This document shows positions 39,823 to 55,200 of a stretch of 64,000 nucleotides of DNA, one piece after another (within the stretch, counting starts at the first letter, position 1; each line of letters starts with the position of its first letter). The notes below the pieces were generated by a model that was given only the letters and a program-made list of their open reading frames with translations, ran no database searches and was not told the origin of the DNA. This DNA is from the human T2T-CHM13v2.0 reference genome, Homo sapiens, in the NCBI RefSeq assembly GCF_009914755.1, contig NC_060928.1; one strand, written 5' to 3'. The translations under genes were made by a program, and so were the position numbers.

Positions 39823-42032
39823 AAAGAGCATACTCTAAAAACTAAAGGACCTTGCTTTAAAAATGTGAATAAATTCAGCTTTGTGAAAAATATACACATA
39901 CACTGTCCATATCATTCTCATTTTACCTGTTTGGTGAAGACCAATTGGAGAAACTCAGTGATGCATTTGAGAATCGCTGACAGTCTCCCCCCGGATTACC
40001 TCTGTGACCTCAGAACACCAAGGGCCTACGGCAGAACTGAGGGCTCCATTCTTCTGGTTGGTCTCAAAATTAGGTTCTTAAGAACCAGATGATGTGATCA
40101 GATCAGAAAACACAGAAGGTCTGCGAAGAGCAGCCTGAGAGGAAGCCCATGGTTCGTGATTATCATACAAGGTGTACACGGTACTCAAAATATGAGCACA
40201 TCCCTGCCGTGGCTGAGATACGCCACAGTGACACTTAGTGTGAGGACATCATTTCAGTCTTGAATGAAAGCTATGACTGTTACTTTTAAAAGGATATGAA
40301 ATGCAAAACGAAAATATAAGATTAACCCTAGGAACATTATTAGATTTTCCTGATGCTAACAGATTGGCAGCATTTTTTTTCTATTTTGTTTGGTAAAAAA
40401 TTTGAGTTGCTTATAAATTTATTCTAAAACTCACTGGACACTTTCAGAGGCTGAAGCGAGCAGCCCCAGTGTTTAGGGAGTTGTATTTACAATACCTACC
40501 TACTGTTCCTCTATTTCCATTAGAATGCAATTATCCTGCTTGGGGAAAAATAAAGGTCACTGGGTTAATGGAGCTCACCTTTCTTTTTTAGTCCATAAAT
40601 AATAAATCAAATATAATATTTAAAAAGAAAACCACATCCTATATATCACTGTATTTCTGATGTTTTTTTCATAGGACATTTGAGTATATGGTGCTTACTC
40701 TGGCCATAATAGTTGCAGTCCAGCAAGTTCTTACAGCACTGGTTCAGTAAAGAAGAATATAGAATGCATCTATTAAGTTGATATTCATAGATACTAAAAT
40801 GTTCCAGAAATTTCTCATGATACTTTCAAATCAGATTACTGTACATTCTACTCTGAATTTGAGGAGCATGTCACAGAATGATTTACATACAGAAAAACTC
40901 ATGAACTTTATCTGATAAGTATTGACAAAAGTATCCATTTGAAAAATTCAAATCATTATAGATTCAAACACATTCTGGGCTTCCATAATGGCCTACTGAG
41001 AGTAGAGAGTAGACAGTACTTATGACCACACTAATACTAATAAATATCTCTAGGCAAGATTCTGTTGCTCCTAGGTTCCCTAATGAAAAACACAAAGACT
41101 TTCCTCCCAGTTAAATAGCTGAATAGGGCTCTCGGCCCAAAGAAGTCTAATCAATGCTTTCACTTCAGTTTCCCAAGGGATCAACTAAGCAATCCCTCCC
41201 GTACCTGGCACATCAAGATTTATAAGGCAGAGGAGGAATGCATGGCCTAAATAGCTTCAGAAAGCCATTTGTCATGAGTAATAAAAAAAACACCTTAGAG
41301 TAGCTGCTGTTAGATCACCATTACCCTCAAACTAAGGCTGCATGTCTCACGAGATTTATCTGATAAATATTTTTAAATAAAAAGGAATTATAGTACACTC
41401 CTGAGCCTGCTATAAAAATTGTTAAACACTTGTAATTACTCCCCAAAAATAATAAAAATGAAAAACTCTGCTTTCCACTTGACACAGGCTTGTGCAACAA
41501 AAACCACTGTGATTGTCAAACAACAGAGTCACACACAGCTCCTGCTTCATTAAGTGTTCCAGCAGCATCATAGCATGGCCCTGGGAAGAGGTATTTTAAC
41601 TTTAAATTATAAACCTACCAATGAACCAGTCAACCATTTTCCTAAACAACACAGCACTTATAGTCACTTGACAATTTTTTTTAATTTGATGAACATGTTT
41701 GCCATCAACAGCGTCGTTATTCTTTATTATAATTAACAACAACAACTAATAGTAATAATACTATTTGTTCAGTTTTGTTCTTCCAGGTACTAATCAAACA
41801 GATTTACATGGATTATCCTGAAAACATCTTATGGTCTGTGGCAATCTGTTGTCAAACTAAGGTTACTGATGTACCAGCACAAAGCATCAAGATCTAACAC
41901 TATGCCATAGACAAATTTTTTGTTAGTATTCATTCTCAATGTAAATATTTTCGGCTTTGGCATTTATCAAGGTTTCCCAAAAAGGTTTTCTTAAAATAGT
42001 AGATGTTTTTAGGACTATGATCAGATATTTAC

Positions 42033-42116
42033 CTCTTTACTTATTACCAGAAGTTTTACATCTGTTTCACATAAAATTGAAGTAGGTAGATTGGCATTAA
42101 TTGAAAGGCAGTTTTC
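42033..42116 (-). CDS. CNB-protein exon D (84 nt), phosphate-binding cassette and beta7-8: ENCLSINANLPTSILCETDVKLLVISKE
   Basis: Acceptor tttgtttttatttttcag|GAA; donor GAG|gtaaat. Completes G-E..L of the cassette and the C...+.LLVI.KE(DF) motif. Confidence 0.9.
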
Positions 42117-42597
42117 CTGAAAAATAAAAACAAATGCCTCTCTTCTAGAATTATTTCAGCTCTGACATTATTCTTATAATAAACTCTGGGAAACTGGAAT
42201 TATAAGTATGCATTATTTTAAGCAAATAATTTTTAAAAAATAAATCTTGAGCTTACAGAATTAAGAAATATGAACTGTTTGGACTTTACTTTCAAATAAT
42301 TCATCAGCCTTGGCAGAACTATTTTCGGCAAACTATTGCACTAAAACAGAATGTCAGGTTGAATGATTCTTTGCTATGGAATGCCTCATGTGTTAAAACA
42401 GAAGCATGATCTGTAAGAATACATAATGCTGTGTCCTACCTACATTCAGCACTGTTACTGAGGAAAGGGGGTGCTTTGTTCTGAAGATGACAAGCCTGAA
42501 GGGAGAAGCTGACAGAGATCCATGATGCTCAGTGAGGGGGGATAGTGTTAGTGTGACCGTACACAAAATTATAACACTTTTTGTGATTACAAAATTG

Positions 42598-43200
<603 letters not shown>

Positions 43201-43621
43201 TCAAGGTAGGGGTGTCTTAGAGAAAGGAGCATGCTGTGACCTCAAAATTAAAGTTGACAAACACCAATCCAGATGATCTCCAAGTTCCTTTCCTTTAGTT
43301 GGAAAACCAATGGCTTGATTTGGCCTCACACAATTGAGGCAGCACAGTGGAGTGAACGAGCAGTAAAATCAGTATTCGGCTCTTATTTCTGCCACTCATC
43401 AGCTGTGTAAACAGGAGCGATTTGGTTAACTGCTATGGTTCTCCATTTATGAAGGAGTAAAGTCAAAAGGTTTGTTTAGCTAACCGCTGTGGCTCCATCT
43501 CATACTAACAATTGCTGATCCTGGGCAGAACCTTGGAGTCCACAGAGGATCAGAAAGTCCTAAGGGGGCCTCCTGAGCGCTTCCAGCACTATAATGTCTG
43601 CCCTGTCACAGGCTGGCCAGC

Positions 43622-43873
<252 letters not shown>

Positions 43874-44723
43874 TGAATTTGTTACCAATAAAATATCTGG
43901 AATCCATCTCCTATTTGGTATCTTGATGGCTAGTGCTTTGGTTCAGGGTCCACTGATGAGTTTCCCAACTGCTCCCCAATTCCATTTTGTCTTCCCTTTG
44001 CTAATAGCACCCCCACATCACCACAGTCATCTATTTAGAAGTTAATCTGATCCATCTCCTCCCTACGTAAAAACCCTCAATGAGCTCTACTGCCTGTAGC
44101 ATTAAGTCCAGAATCTTTAGCATTTTTTCTAATACTGTATCTCACCTTAACTGGCACTTTCAAAATCAACCCCAGCAAATGCTCCCATCTTTCAAGACCT
44201 TGTTACTTAGAGGTGTTTGGATCTGAGGATCAGCAAATCCTATCTGACCATGACTCAATATAGAAATGAAATGTTTTATTATTTATATACAAGCTGCTTT
44301 CTTAGCCTAAATGTTATCCTTTTTATATAAAATCTTTTACAAGAATATAATTTTTGTAAATAATTAAAAAGAGTTCCTTGAATCAATCACTATTTGGGTA
44401 TAATTATTTTATTTGTGAATATCACCCTACCTCCAAGGCTACATGGTTTACAACTCATTCATTTAGCTGGTCGATCTTTCATATAACAATAATTTGTGAC
44501 TCTTATTGTATGTTCTATATGTTGACAAACTACATATTAGGTTATATATTGGTTCTACACTACCAAGTAAAAATGTGCTTTTATTCTAAGTATTTCAATT
44601 AGTGAGACATTTGATACTTAAGGACAATACTATAGCATGTTATGTTAATTATTTTTATGCAATATCATACAGATTACATAATTTAATGATGATGAGAGAC
44701 TGAGAAATTGAGAGACTATTTAC

Positions 44724-44883
44724 CCCTATGAAGTCACCTTCTTCAAACTCACTTAAAATGTCAGAGTTTGAATTTTTGTTTGTGCTTGTATTGCTTGAGA
44801 TGACCTTTAAATGTCCAGCAAGAATCCAATAGCACTCAAGTGGTAGGTGTCCTTGTCTTAGAACCAGACTTTCAGCTTCATAC
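44724..44883 (-). CDS. CNB-protein exon C (160 nt): YEAESLVLRQGHLPLECYWILAGHLKVISSNTSTNKNSNSDILSEFEEGDFIG
   Basis: Acceptor tattctttctctccag|GTAT; donor GGG|gtaaat. Core of ORF 44655..44909. Contains the CNB beta-barrel motifs VLRQG....Y.IL.G.+.V and GDFIG. Confidence 0.92.
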
Positions 44884-45460
44884 CTGGAGAGAAAGAATAT
44901 CAAAAACATTTAGCATGCAAAATGGTTAGGATGAAGTCATTGGTGACAAACAAGACAAAACACAAAACCCTTTCATCTTCATCTGTAAAGAAATTTACGT
45001 TTTGTTAAGAAGCAAATATTGTCTTCCTCTGGTACAGACCTTGAAGGCAGGGATTTCAGCCACCTTATCCACTACTGTAGCACCGTGCCTAGAATGGTGC
45101 TTGGCCCAGAAAGCAGGGACTCCATCTACATAAATTGAGTGCATTTATGTATAGGCAAAAGGAGGTGCTGTAAAACCACAGAATAGAAGGTCTCCACACA
45201 CATTTCTTAGATGAGTCCTGCAATTTCACAAAATATAGGCACGTTTTCTAATTGCTACTGCTGAATTCATGATGTAAGGCAAGATTTTTGGTTTTCTAGA
45301 GGATAAATTTGGCGTTGGTTTGCACACCTTTTATCAAGACTTTTTTTAAGTACTATCTTCAGCAACAGGTTTGTATATCTGCCAATTCTCCTATTCGTAG
45401 GTATTTAGCCAGAGGATGGTCATTTTCCCACCCTTGGTTTATAAAAATAACCTATCCCTG

Positions 45461-45645
45461 GCAGTAATGCATGCCAAACTAAAATGGGCGTTAAAAGGTC
45501 ACCTTGGACATTTGATAAAAAACACAGGATTCCTTTGCACCTTGGAAATTCTGATTAGGTAGCTCTGGGGTGGAGCCCAGGAATCTGTATTCCTAAAGGG
45601 CTCTCCAGATTATTTTGATGAGGACCATGCTGTGAGAAATGCTGT
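45461..45645. mobile_element. MER5-type MITE
   Basis: ttctgattaggtagctctggggtggagcccaggaatctgtatt...gagaaatgctg. Confidence 0.65.
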
Positions 45646-45982
45646 GTTTGAGGCTAAGAATGAACATTATTGATATCATTTTATTTTTCTTATATGAGTA
45701 TTATTTTTGTGTGAAGACTGAAACAAATCATGTTGAAATATTGAAATATTGGGAAGTCTGCATAATTTCAGATTTTCAGTTAGTAATTACACTACCCAGA
45801 ATCCTTTCTTCCTAGAATAGCAATTATAATTTCTATATTCCAAATTAAGCAAAGAGAAATGTTAGTTGAGAAAGAAGATAGCACTATTATATAGCAAAGA
45901 TACTACCATTCCTGTGTTATCAGTGAGAAGGGCTAAAATGTAGCACTTGACTTGCTACGAATTAACTAAATGATTCTGAGAA

Positions 45983-46275
45983 GGTCAGGCATGGTGGCTC
46001 ACACCTGTAATCCCAGCACTTTGGGAGGCCGAGGCAGGAGGATCGCTTTAGCCCAGGAGTTCGAGACCAGTCTGGGCAACATAGTGAGACCCTGTCTCTA
46101 TAACAAATACAAAAATTAGCTGTGTGGGGTGGCACATACCTGTAGTCCCAGCCACTCGGGAAACTGAGGTAGGAAGACCACTTGAGCCTAGGAGGTCGAG
46201 ACTGCAGTGAGCCAAGATCACACCACTGCCCTCCAGCCTGGGTGAGAGAATGACACTCTGTCTCAAAAAGAAAGA
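45983..46275 (+). mobile_element. AluJ-type SINE
   Basis: Full Alu; degenerate TSD aaatgat(tc/ct)tgagaa. Confidence 0.93.
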
Positions 46276-46469
46276 AAATGATCTTGAGAAAAATCACTTA
46301 TCCTCCACTTCCAACTCTTCACTTATAAAATGGAAAAAACCTGTATCTACATACTTCTCAAAAATGTTTTAGGAGAAAAAATACAGAATGTATAACAATG
46401 ACTTGAATTCTTTACAAATAAAGTATCGGGATTTTGCCCTACTTTACTATGTTTGACGATATGAAGGAA

Positions 46470-46926
46470 ACTTAGAAGCAGGAAAACTCCCACCAAAATA
46501 ACAAGTTAGCCTGCCACAGTTCCATTAATGCTGACTGAAGGCACTAGACCCCTGAGCTAGAGACAAAGGACATTCTTAGCTGCAGCAGAACAGTAATGAG
46601 ATTTACCAGCATGGTTGCATCAGTTTCTCAAGTCCCAAATCCCATAGGGCAATATGGAGGGCCCAGTAGAGCTTGCAGATACAGCGGGGTGAGTCACAGG
46701 AAAGGAATCCAAGCTTAGGGAATGTGTTTTTAAGCAAGCCTATTCTTTGTCCGGAAAAAGCCCAAGTGCAGTGTAAAAACTGCAATGCACCATCATCTCA
46801 GAATTACCAGGTACATGAGCAATCCCGAGAAGTGACCCAGGTATAACAGTCAAAGCCCTGGGATGTTGGCAAATGCAGCAAGTTGTGTAGGAGCCCAAGA
46901 GGCCCATGGTGGACTGTATCTCAGCA
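46470..46926 (-). mobile_element. Old ERVL-type LTR (LTR40/41-like)
   Basis: ctgccacagttccattaatgctg...ggcccatggtggactg; family assigned from memory. Confidence 0.4.
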
Positions 46927-47981
46927 GACAGTGCATAACAATGAAAATGAATACAATTGTTTTAAAAGGTTATGCAGTTACTTAAAGAACTATGATTCTA
47001 GTTCCAAAGGAAAAAGATGGAGGAAATTTTACCATGCTATTTTCGCTGCCTTTGGAAAGAGGATCAAAAGATTAAAATGTGGAGACTACTGACTTCCCAT
47101 TGTTTATGTTCACAGATTCCAATTTTTTGAAAACCACTACTTGAAGCCCATAGACTTGAAAAAAATTATTAAAAATTGCTGAAGTAACTGCCACATCATG
47201 TAAATATCCTCAAAATAATGGTTGGTTTCTATGAACTAAGAAGAAAAGAATAGTCCTTTGGACCACTGTGGAATCACGAGAATGAGGCCAATAAGATGTG
47301 ATAGAAAAAGAAGGAGAAGAGGGCATGTAGAAAGGAAAGGTTACAGAGGGAAGAACTGATATGTGGATGATATTTTTTCCAATAGAAAAAATCCTGGTTT
47401 TGAAGACTAAGTTGGGTTTAAAGCATCACAGAAAAAGCAGGACTCCACATCCTGTTTCCTCTCTCTTGTATTGTAAAAGTATGGATGAGGGCCAGTCATT
47501 CTCAGCCAGGCTTTGAAGTGCACCATTAGGCTGCCAGATACCCATTACACTAATTGGATCACCAGCCTCATCTAGATCTCATTGGCAAAAGGATTCCAGG
47601 GCTACCCATTTCTTCTGCAGCATTAAATTGACATACAATAAACCATAAAATATTCACATGGACCTGTACTCTCCTTTTGTATTATATGGTAACCCCAGAA
47701 TGATTTTCCAACAGGCTACTTGAATGATGTGAAGAAATGCCAATACTAAATATGTTTGTTGGGCTTAAAACACTTAATTTTACACTTCCAGAGGATTTGA
47801 AACATTTGCGAATGGAATCACTGTCTGCCTTGAGAATTTTTTCTCATTAAGCCTACAGACACAACTGCTCCAACCTAAGAAATACAGAAATCAGAATATG
47901 TTTAAGAATAGAAAAAGAAAGATTTAATATATTCACATTCAGAAAGAAAAATGTCTACATCAACATACATATGGCTATATA

Positions 47982-49138
47982 TAGTCATGTGCTACATAAT
48001 GACATGTCAGTCAACGATGGAGATGGTAGCTCCATACCTATTGTTGCTTCTGAAGACCCTTCAGTGGGGCAAGATGCAGAGGTGGAAGACAGTGATATTG
48101 ATGATTCTGACCCCATATAGGCCTAGGCTAATGTGCATGTTTTTGTCTTCATTCTTAACAAAAGAGTTCAAAAAGTTTTTAAAAAATTAAATAGAAAAAA
48201 AGCTTATACAAAGGAACAGAAAGAAAATAAGTTTGTACAGTTGTACAAGTATTTGTATTTTAAGCTAAGCATTATTACAAAAGAGCTTAAAAGCTTAAAA
48301 ATTTAAAAGTGTGTAAAGTAAAAATGTTACAGCAAGCTAAGGGTAATTTATTATTGAAGAAAGAGTCTGGCACAGTGTCTCATGCCTATCATCCCAGCTA
48401 CTCAGGAGGCTGAGGTGGGAGGATTGCCAGAAGTTCTAGACCAGCCTGGGCAACACAGCAAGACCTTGTCTCAAAAAAAGAAAGAAAGAAAACAACAACA
48501 ACAACAACAAAAACCCTAGCTGAGTGCGGTAGTATGTGCCTGAAGTCCTAGCAACTCAAGAGGCTGAGATGGGAAGATGCCTTGGGTCCAGGAGTTCGAG
48601 GCTGAAGCAAGCTACTGCCATTGCTCTTCAGCCTGGGCAACACCACAAGATCCCATCTCTAAAAAATATAAAGAAAGAAAAAAATTAAATAAATGTAATG
48701 TAGCCTAAGTTTAAAGTGTTTATAAAGTTTAAAACAGTGTACAGTAATGTCCTAGGCCTTCACAGTCACTCACTACTCATTCAGAGACTCACCCAGAGCA
48801 ACTTCCAGTTCTGTAAGCTCATTCATAGTAAGTGCCCTATACAGGTGTGCCATTTTTAATCTTTTATACTCTATTTTTACTGTATCTTTTCTATGTTTCG
48901 ATGTGTTTAGATACACAAATAATAACATTGTGTTATAATTGCCTACAGTATTCAGTACAGTAACATGCTATACAGTCTTACAGCCTGAAGCAATAGGCTA
49001 CACCATATAGCCTAGGGATGTGGTAGGCTATACCATCCAGGTTTGTGTAAGTCCACTCCACGATGTTTGCACAATGATAAAATCACCTAATGACACATTT
49101 CTGAAAACATATCCCCATCGTTAAGCAACACATGACTA
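47982..49138 (+). mobile_element. Tigger3-family (TcMar) DNA transposon with nested Alu monomers at about 48365-48690
   Basis: TIRs tagtcatgtgctacataatgac and catcgttaagcaacacatgacta, flanked by TA. Confidence 0.85.
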
Positions 49139-50091
49139 TATGTAAATTTTATACTGAAATATAAGAAAAGCCTATGAACACTAACTACTTATAGATATAT
49201 TGATTTATTTTTTGTTTTTATTCTCCATTTAAAACATTAGATTTGAATGAATATCAATGTTAATTTTTATTGAAAGAACTAATGCTTAATGAAAGTAACT
49301 CTCCACTAAAACTTTTGGATATCCACAATTTTTTAAATGAGACTTCATGTTAATGCCACACTATTAAACTTTTTCCAAAAGAGTCACATACTCAACAGAT
49401 TTTATGTTAGAGATTTCTGAATTTCAGACAACAGAATTCACTCTGATTAGTTTAAGAACAAAAGGATTTACTGCAGGTAGCAGGTCACTTACAGAATCGT
49501 TGGAAAGATTTGTAAAGTGGTTTCTAGTCCAAACTTCCAGCAACAACTCTGGTGAAGATGCTGGGCAGACCTCAGAACCACAACGTCTCCACCATAGTTA
49601 GGAAGGGGGCCAGGGGCGGGGGGCACAACATCTGACCAAAGGATCGCATGATTTTTGCCAATATCTGCACCAGAAAAATTGATGCCCCATGTCCTTCCTT
49701 TTTCCCCACATATATTGATTTCAAATGAAAATATCATGAAGAGCTATCTAATTGTCAGAATCTAAATCATTATACATTAAAAAGAAAAGGTAGGCTCAGA
49801 AAGGTAGCTTTTAGTTTGTTTTCTACTTTGTTTTGTTTGTATTCTACATTGAGATGATGGTGTTTACACTGTGAAAAACTATAAAATTATTAGAATCTGT
49901 TAAAAATATTTGAGACAACCTGAAATTACAAATGTTAACTGTATTTTATTTATCATAAAATGTAAGGTCTTCACCTAACACGTTTTGCATGTTTTTTCAC
50001 ATTCTAGATAAATAAGTGGATTGTTATAGCAGTCTAATAACTTTTTTATTGTTTTGGTACTTTGCTTATATTGTTTGATCATTATCCTATC

Positions 50092-50486
50092 TTCCTTCCT
50101 TCTTCCTTCCTTCCTTCTTTCCTTCTTTCCTTCCTTCCCTCCTTCCTTCCTTCCTTTCTCTCTTTCTTTCCTTCTTTCCTTCTTCTTTCTTTCCCTCTTT
50201 TAATTTTTTTATAGGGCCTCACTCCATCACTCAGGCTGGAGTGCAGTAATGCTATCTTGGCTCACTGTAGCCTCAATCTCCCAGGCTCAAGTGATCCACC
50301 CCAGTCTCCGTAGCAGCTAGAACTACATGGACGCACCACCACACCTGAATAATTTTTGTATTTTTTGTAGGGATGGAGTTTCACCATCTTGCCTAGGCTG
50401 GTCTTGAACCCCTGCACACAAACAATCTTCCTGCCTCAGCATCCCAAATTGCTGGGATTAGAGGCATGAGCCAGTATGCCCGGTCC
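50092..50486 (-). mobile_element. AluJ with tail expanded into (CTTC)n/(CTTT)n
   Basis: Pyrimidine repeat at 50092-50200 followed by Alu reverse complement. Confidence 0.88.
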
Positions 50487-50710
50487 ATCATTCTAGTTTC
50501 AATCCTACTTTCCTTCAGGCTGGTTTGAAAACTCACCATTATGTTACACAGTTCAAAGAACAAACCCCAAATTATTACATACTTTTTGGTCAATATTTAT
50601 TTGTAATGTGTCTTTTGTCTTTGAAATTTTGTTAAACTCTATTCACTACCTGCCACTGTCTTTCTTAGGGGACTGCCAAGACCTAAATGGAACATTTTCG
50701 TGTTACTTAC

Positions 50711-50799
50711 TCTTGATAGATTGCAGTCTGGCAAAGTTGGAGTTGCACTGTACTTGGCAAACTGAAAAATGACCTATTCTTCCTCAGCCATAGTTGAAT
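50711..50799 (-). CDS. CNB-protein exon B (89 nt): IQLWLRKNRSFFSLPSTVQLQLCQTAIYQ(E)
   Basis: Acceptor ttctttattttcttttgaag|ATT; consensus donor GA|gtaagt. GA plus the first G of exon C forms Glu. F..LP..+..+LC is the CNB alphaA motif. Confidence 0.88.
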
Positions 50800-51511
50800 C
50801 TTCAAAAGAAAATAAAGAAAATAAAAAATAATACCTTACAGAAAGGCTAAAGGAAAATTATTATGATGCTTTGCTATTATCTCAAATTCCTTCAGTGTTT
50901 CTGAAACCAAAACAAGAATAGTTTGTATGTGTTCTCCAAGGTCTAGTCATTTTTTATGTGATAGATGCCAGGAAGTAAAATCTTCTATATAGAGATTCAT
51001 GAGAATTTGATATGATCCTAATAAAGCAAAACTTCTCCTATGGAAGGGAAGGAGACATCAGATCCAGTAAGGAGCACTCTGAACTTCCGTGATGCTAGGC
51101 CACCTACCTCCATGAAGAAATTGGTAAGGAATCTTTCAGAACCTAGCTTGCCCAGAAAAACAGGATAAGCCAAGGACCAGAAAAATAAAATCTGATGGTG
51201 TTCAGGAGTCCTTCATTGGAAGACATTAGAGGTGAGATTTAAACATGCCTTTTTTTCCTCTTCCAAAGTATTAGGTTTTGAAATATATTAACATTGCATC
51301 TGCCTATTTTTAAGAAGGAACAGTCTTAAAGGAGTTATTTAAGCAGAAACAAAGGATGACAATTACTTTCATGAATACATATGAAAGTATAACACTCACT
51401 GGTAGAGGTTAATACATAGTCAAATCCAGAATACTGTAATGGTGGTATGTAAATCATACACATCTCTAGTATGAAGGTTAAAAGTAAATATGATTAAATA
51501 ATAACTAAAGT

Positions 51512-51820
51512 AGCCAGGCATGGTGGCTCACACCTATAATCCTAGCACTTTGGTAGGCTAAGGCAGGCAAATTGCCTGAGCTCAGAAGTTTGAGACCAGC
51601 CTGGCCAACATGGTGAAACCCCGTCTCTGCTAAAAACTACAAAAATTAGCTGGGCATGGTGGCAGATGCCTGTAGTCCTGGCTACTTGGGAGACTGAGGC
51701 ACAAGAATCACTTGAACATGAGAGGCAGAGGTTGCAGTCAGCTGAGATCATGCCACTGCACTCCAGCCTGGGTGACAGAGCGAGACTCTGTCTCCAAAAA
51801 AAATAAAAATTAAAATTAAA
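51512..51820 (+). mobile_element. AluS-type SINE nested in L1
   Basis: Two-arm Alu with A-rich tail. Confidence 0.93.
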
Positions 51821-51930
51821 ACTGGTTGTTAAAATTAACAACTGAATAATAAGTTGTTAAGAAATATACAGTTTAAAAAGATGATATAAATTGTGGCATC
51901 AAAAACACAAAATTGCAGGGGGAAGGGTAA

Positions 51931-52241
<311 letters not shown>

Positions 52242-55200
52242 CTAGATTTTTTGTATGTGACAGAAGTTAAGTTGTTATCAGCTTAAAATAGTAGACTATA
52301 ACTTTAAAAGGTTTTATGGAAGCCTCATGGAAACCACAAAACAAAAATCTACGGTACATATTCAAATGCTAAAGATAAAGGAGCCAAAGTTTAGCATTAA
52401 AGAAAAATCATCAAATCACAAAGATGGACAACAAGAAAGGAAGAAAGAAACAAAGGAGCTACTAAACAACCAGAACATAAATAACAAAATAGCAGTAGTA
52501 AGTCCTTACCAGTAAATAATACTCTTGAATGTAAATAGATTAAATTCTCTAATCAAAAGATAGAGTGCCTGACGAGATTTAAAAAAAAAAAAAAGCAAGA
52601 ACCAACTGTATGCTCCCTGCAAAAGACCCACCTAAACTTTAAGGACATGCATAGGTGAAAGTGAAAGGATAGAGGATGATATTCTATGCAAATAGTAACC
52701 CAAAGACAGCAGTGGTAGCTATACTTGTATCTGATAAAATAGACTTCAAGTCAAACACTGTCGCAAGAGACAATGAAGGTCATTATTTAACGATAAAGGG
52801 GTCAATTCATCAAGAGGACACAACCATTGTAAATATATATGTATTCAACATTGGAGCACCTAAATACATAAATCAAATATTAATGGACCTGAAGAGAGAA
52901 ATAGATAGCAATACAATAATAGTCAGAGACTTCAATACTCTACTTTCAACAATTGATAGATCAACCAGACAGCAAATTAAAATGGAGATACTGGACTTAA
53001 ATGAACAGTTTTGACCAAATGGACCTAATAGACATACACATAATATTCCATCCAACAGCAGCAAAATACACATTCTTCTGTAGGGCACATGGAACATTAC
53101 ACAGGATAGACTATAAGTTAGGCTACAAAACAAGTCTTAACAAATTATTGCAATGGTATCTAGTATCATTTCAGACCACAAGGGTATCAAACTAAAAGTC
53201 AATAACAGGAGGAATCTTAGAAAAGTTACAAACACATGGAAATTAAGCAACATACTCCTGAAAAACAAATGGGTCAAAGAAGGAATCAAAAGGAAAATGT
53301 AAAAATAGGTTGAGACGAATGACAATGGAAACACAATATACCAAGACCCATGGGATGCATCAAAGTCAGTTCTAAAAGGAAAGTTTATACTAGTAAATGC
53401 CTACATTAAAAAAGAAGAAATCTCTCCAATAAATAGTTTAATATTATGCCTCAAGGAATAAGAAGAAGAGAAATAAACTAAACATAAAGTTAGCATGAGG
53501 AAAGAAATAATACCAATCAGAACAGAAATAAATCAAATACAGAACAGAAAAACTGTAGAAAGAACTGATAAAACTAAGAGTTGGTTTCTTGAAAAAATAA
53601 AATTGGCAAAACCTTGGCTAGTCTATCTAAGGAAAAAAAAGAGAATATTCAAATAAATTAAATCAAAAATTAAAGTGAAGAAATAACAACAGATACCTCC
53701 ATGGTAAAAATGATTATAAGGAACTATTATGAACATTTTTATGCCAACAAATTAGACAATCTAGAGGAAATGGAAAAAATCCTAGAAAAATATAACCTAC
53801 CGAGGTTGAAATAGAAAGCCTGGACAGACCAATAACAAATAATTAGATTGACAGAGTAATTTTAAAACCTCCCTCAAAAGAAAAGCCCAGGACCAGATGG
53901 CTTCACAGATGAATTCTTCCAAAAATTCAGAGTTAATATCAATACTTCCTAAGCTCTTTTGAAGAACAATGCTAGAGGAAATACTTTCAAATACATTTTA
54001 TGAGACCAGCATCACCCCAATACCTAAGCCAGACAAATACATCATCGTAAGAAAAGAAAACTACAGGCCAATATCTCTGATTAACAATGATGTAAAAATC
54101 CTCAATAAAATATTAGTAAACCAAAACTAACAAACATCAAAAAGATTATACATCATAATCAAGTAGGATTTATCCCCGACATGCAAGACTGGTTTAACAT
54201 ATGCAAACCAATAAATGTGATACATCACGTTAACAGAATAAAAGATAACCAATGATCATCTCAAATGACTCAGAAAAACTCCAACATCCTTTCTTGATAA
54301 AAACTCTCAAAAGTTTAGGTATAAAAGGAAAGTTTCTCAATGTAATAATGGCCATTTTTTAAAAACCCACAGCTAACATTAAAATCAATGAGGGAGAACT
54401 AAAAGCTTTTTCACTAAGATCCAGTACAAGGCAAGGATGGCCACTCTTGCCACTTCTATTCAACATAGTGCTGGAAGTACTAGCAAGAGCAATTAGACAA
54501 AGAAAAAGAAAAAAAAGTGAAATGAAAGGTATCCAAACCAGAAAGGAAGAAGTCAAATTATCTCCATCTGCAGATGATATGATTCTATTTGTTTAAGAAG
54601 CCCACCAAAAAATTGTTACAATTAATAAATGAATTCAGTAAAGTTGCAGGACACAAAATCAACATGCAAAAATCAGTAACATTTTTATACACAAATAACA
54701 ACATAAATGAAAAAGAAATCAAGAAAGTTATCCAATTTATGATAGCGTTAAAAAATTAAAACACTTAGGAATAAATTTAACCAATAGGTGAAAGATCTGT
54801 ACACTGAAAACTATAAAACACTGATGAAAGAAACTGACGAAAACACAAATAAATGGAAAGATATCTTGTGCTCATGGACTGGAAGAATTACTATTGTTTA
54901 AATGTCTGTATTACCCAAAGCAATATACAGATTTAATGCAGTGCCTATCAAAATCCCAATGACATTCTTCACGGAAATTTTTTTAAAAATCCTAAAATTT
55001 TTACTGAACCATAAAAGACCCCAAATAGCTGAAACAATTTTGAGAAAGAAAAACAAAGTTGGAGGCATGACACTTCTGCTTTATAATTATATTACAAAGT
55101 TATAGTAATTAAAACCGTATGGTACTGGCATAAAAACAGACACATAGACCAGTGGAATACAATAGAGAGCCCAGAAAAAAATCCAAACATATATATGGTC

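Noticed and set aside
39927-40134. Exon-like minus-strand segment (ctctcag...ACAG|gtaaaa) in intron D-E
   Set aside because: Two in-frame stops after exon D and no CNB similarity; D joins E seamlessly as KE-DF.
40699-40738. 40-nt candidate exon with a gtaagc donor
   Set aside because: Would frameshift and shows no homology; such site pairs occur by chance in long introns.
41787-41900. Plus-strand acceptor (ttttgttcttccag) followed by a short open frame; similar sites at about 32619 and 40676
   Set aside because: No consistent plus-strand exon chain or protein similarity; an antisense lncRNA can be neither supported nor excluded.
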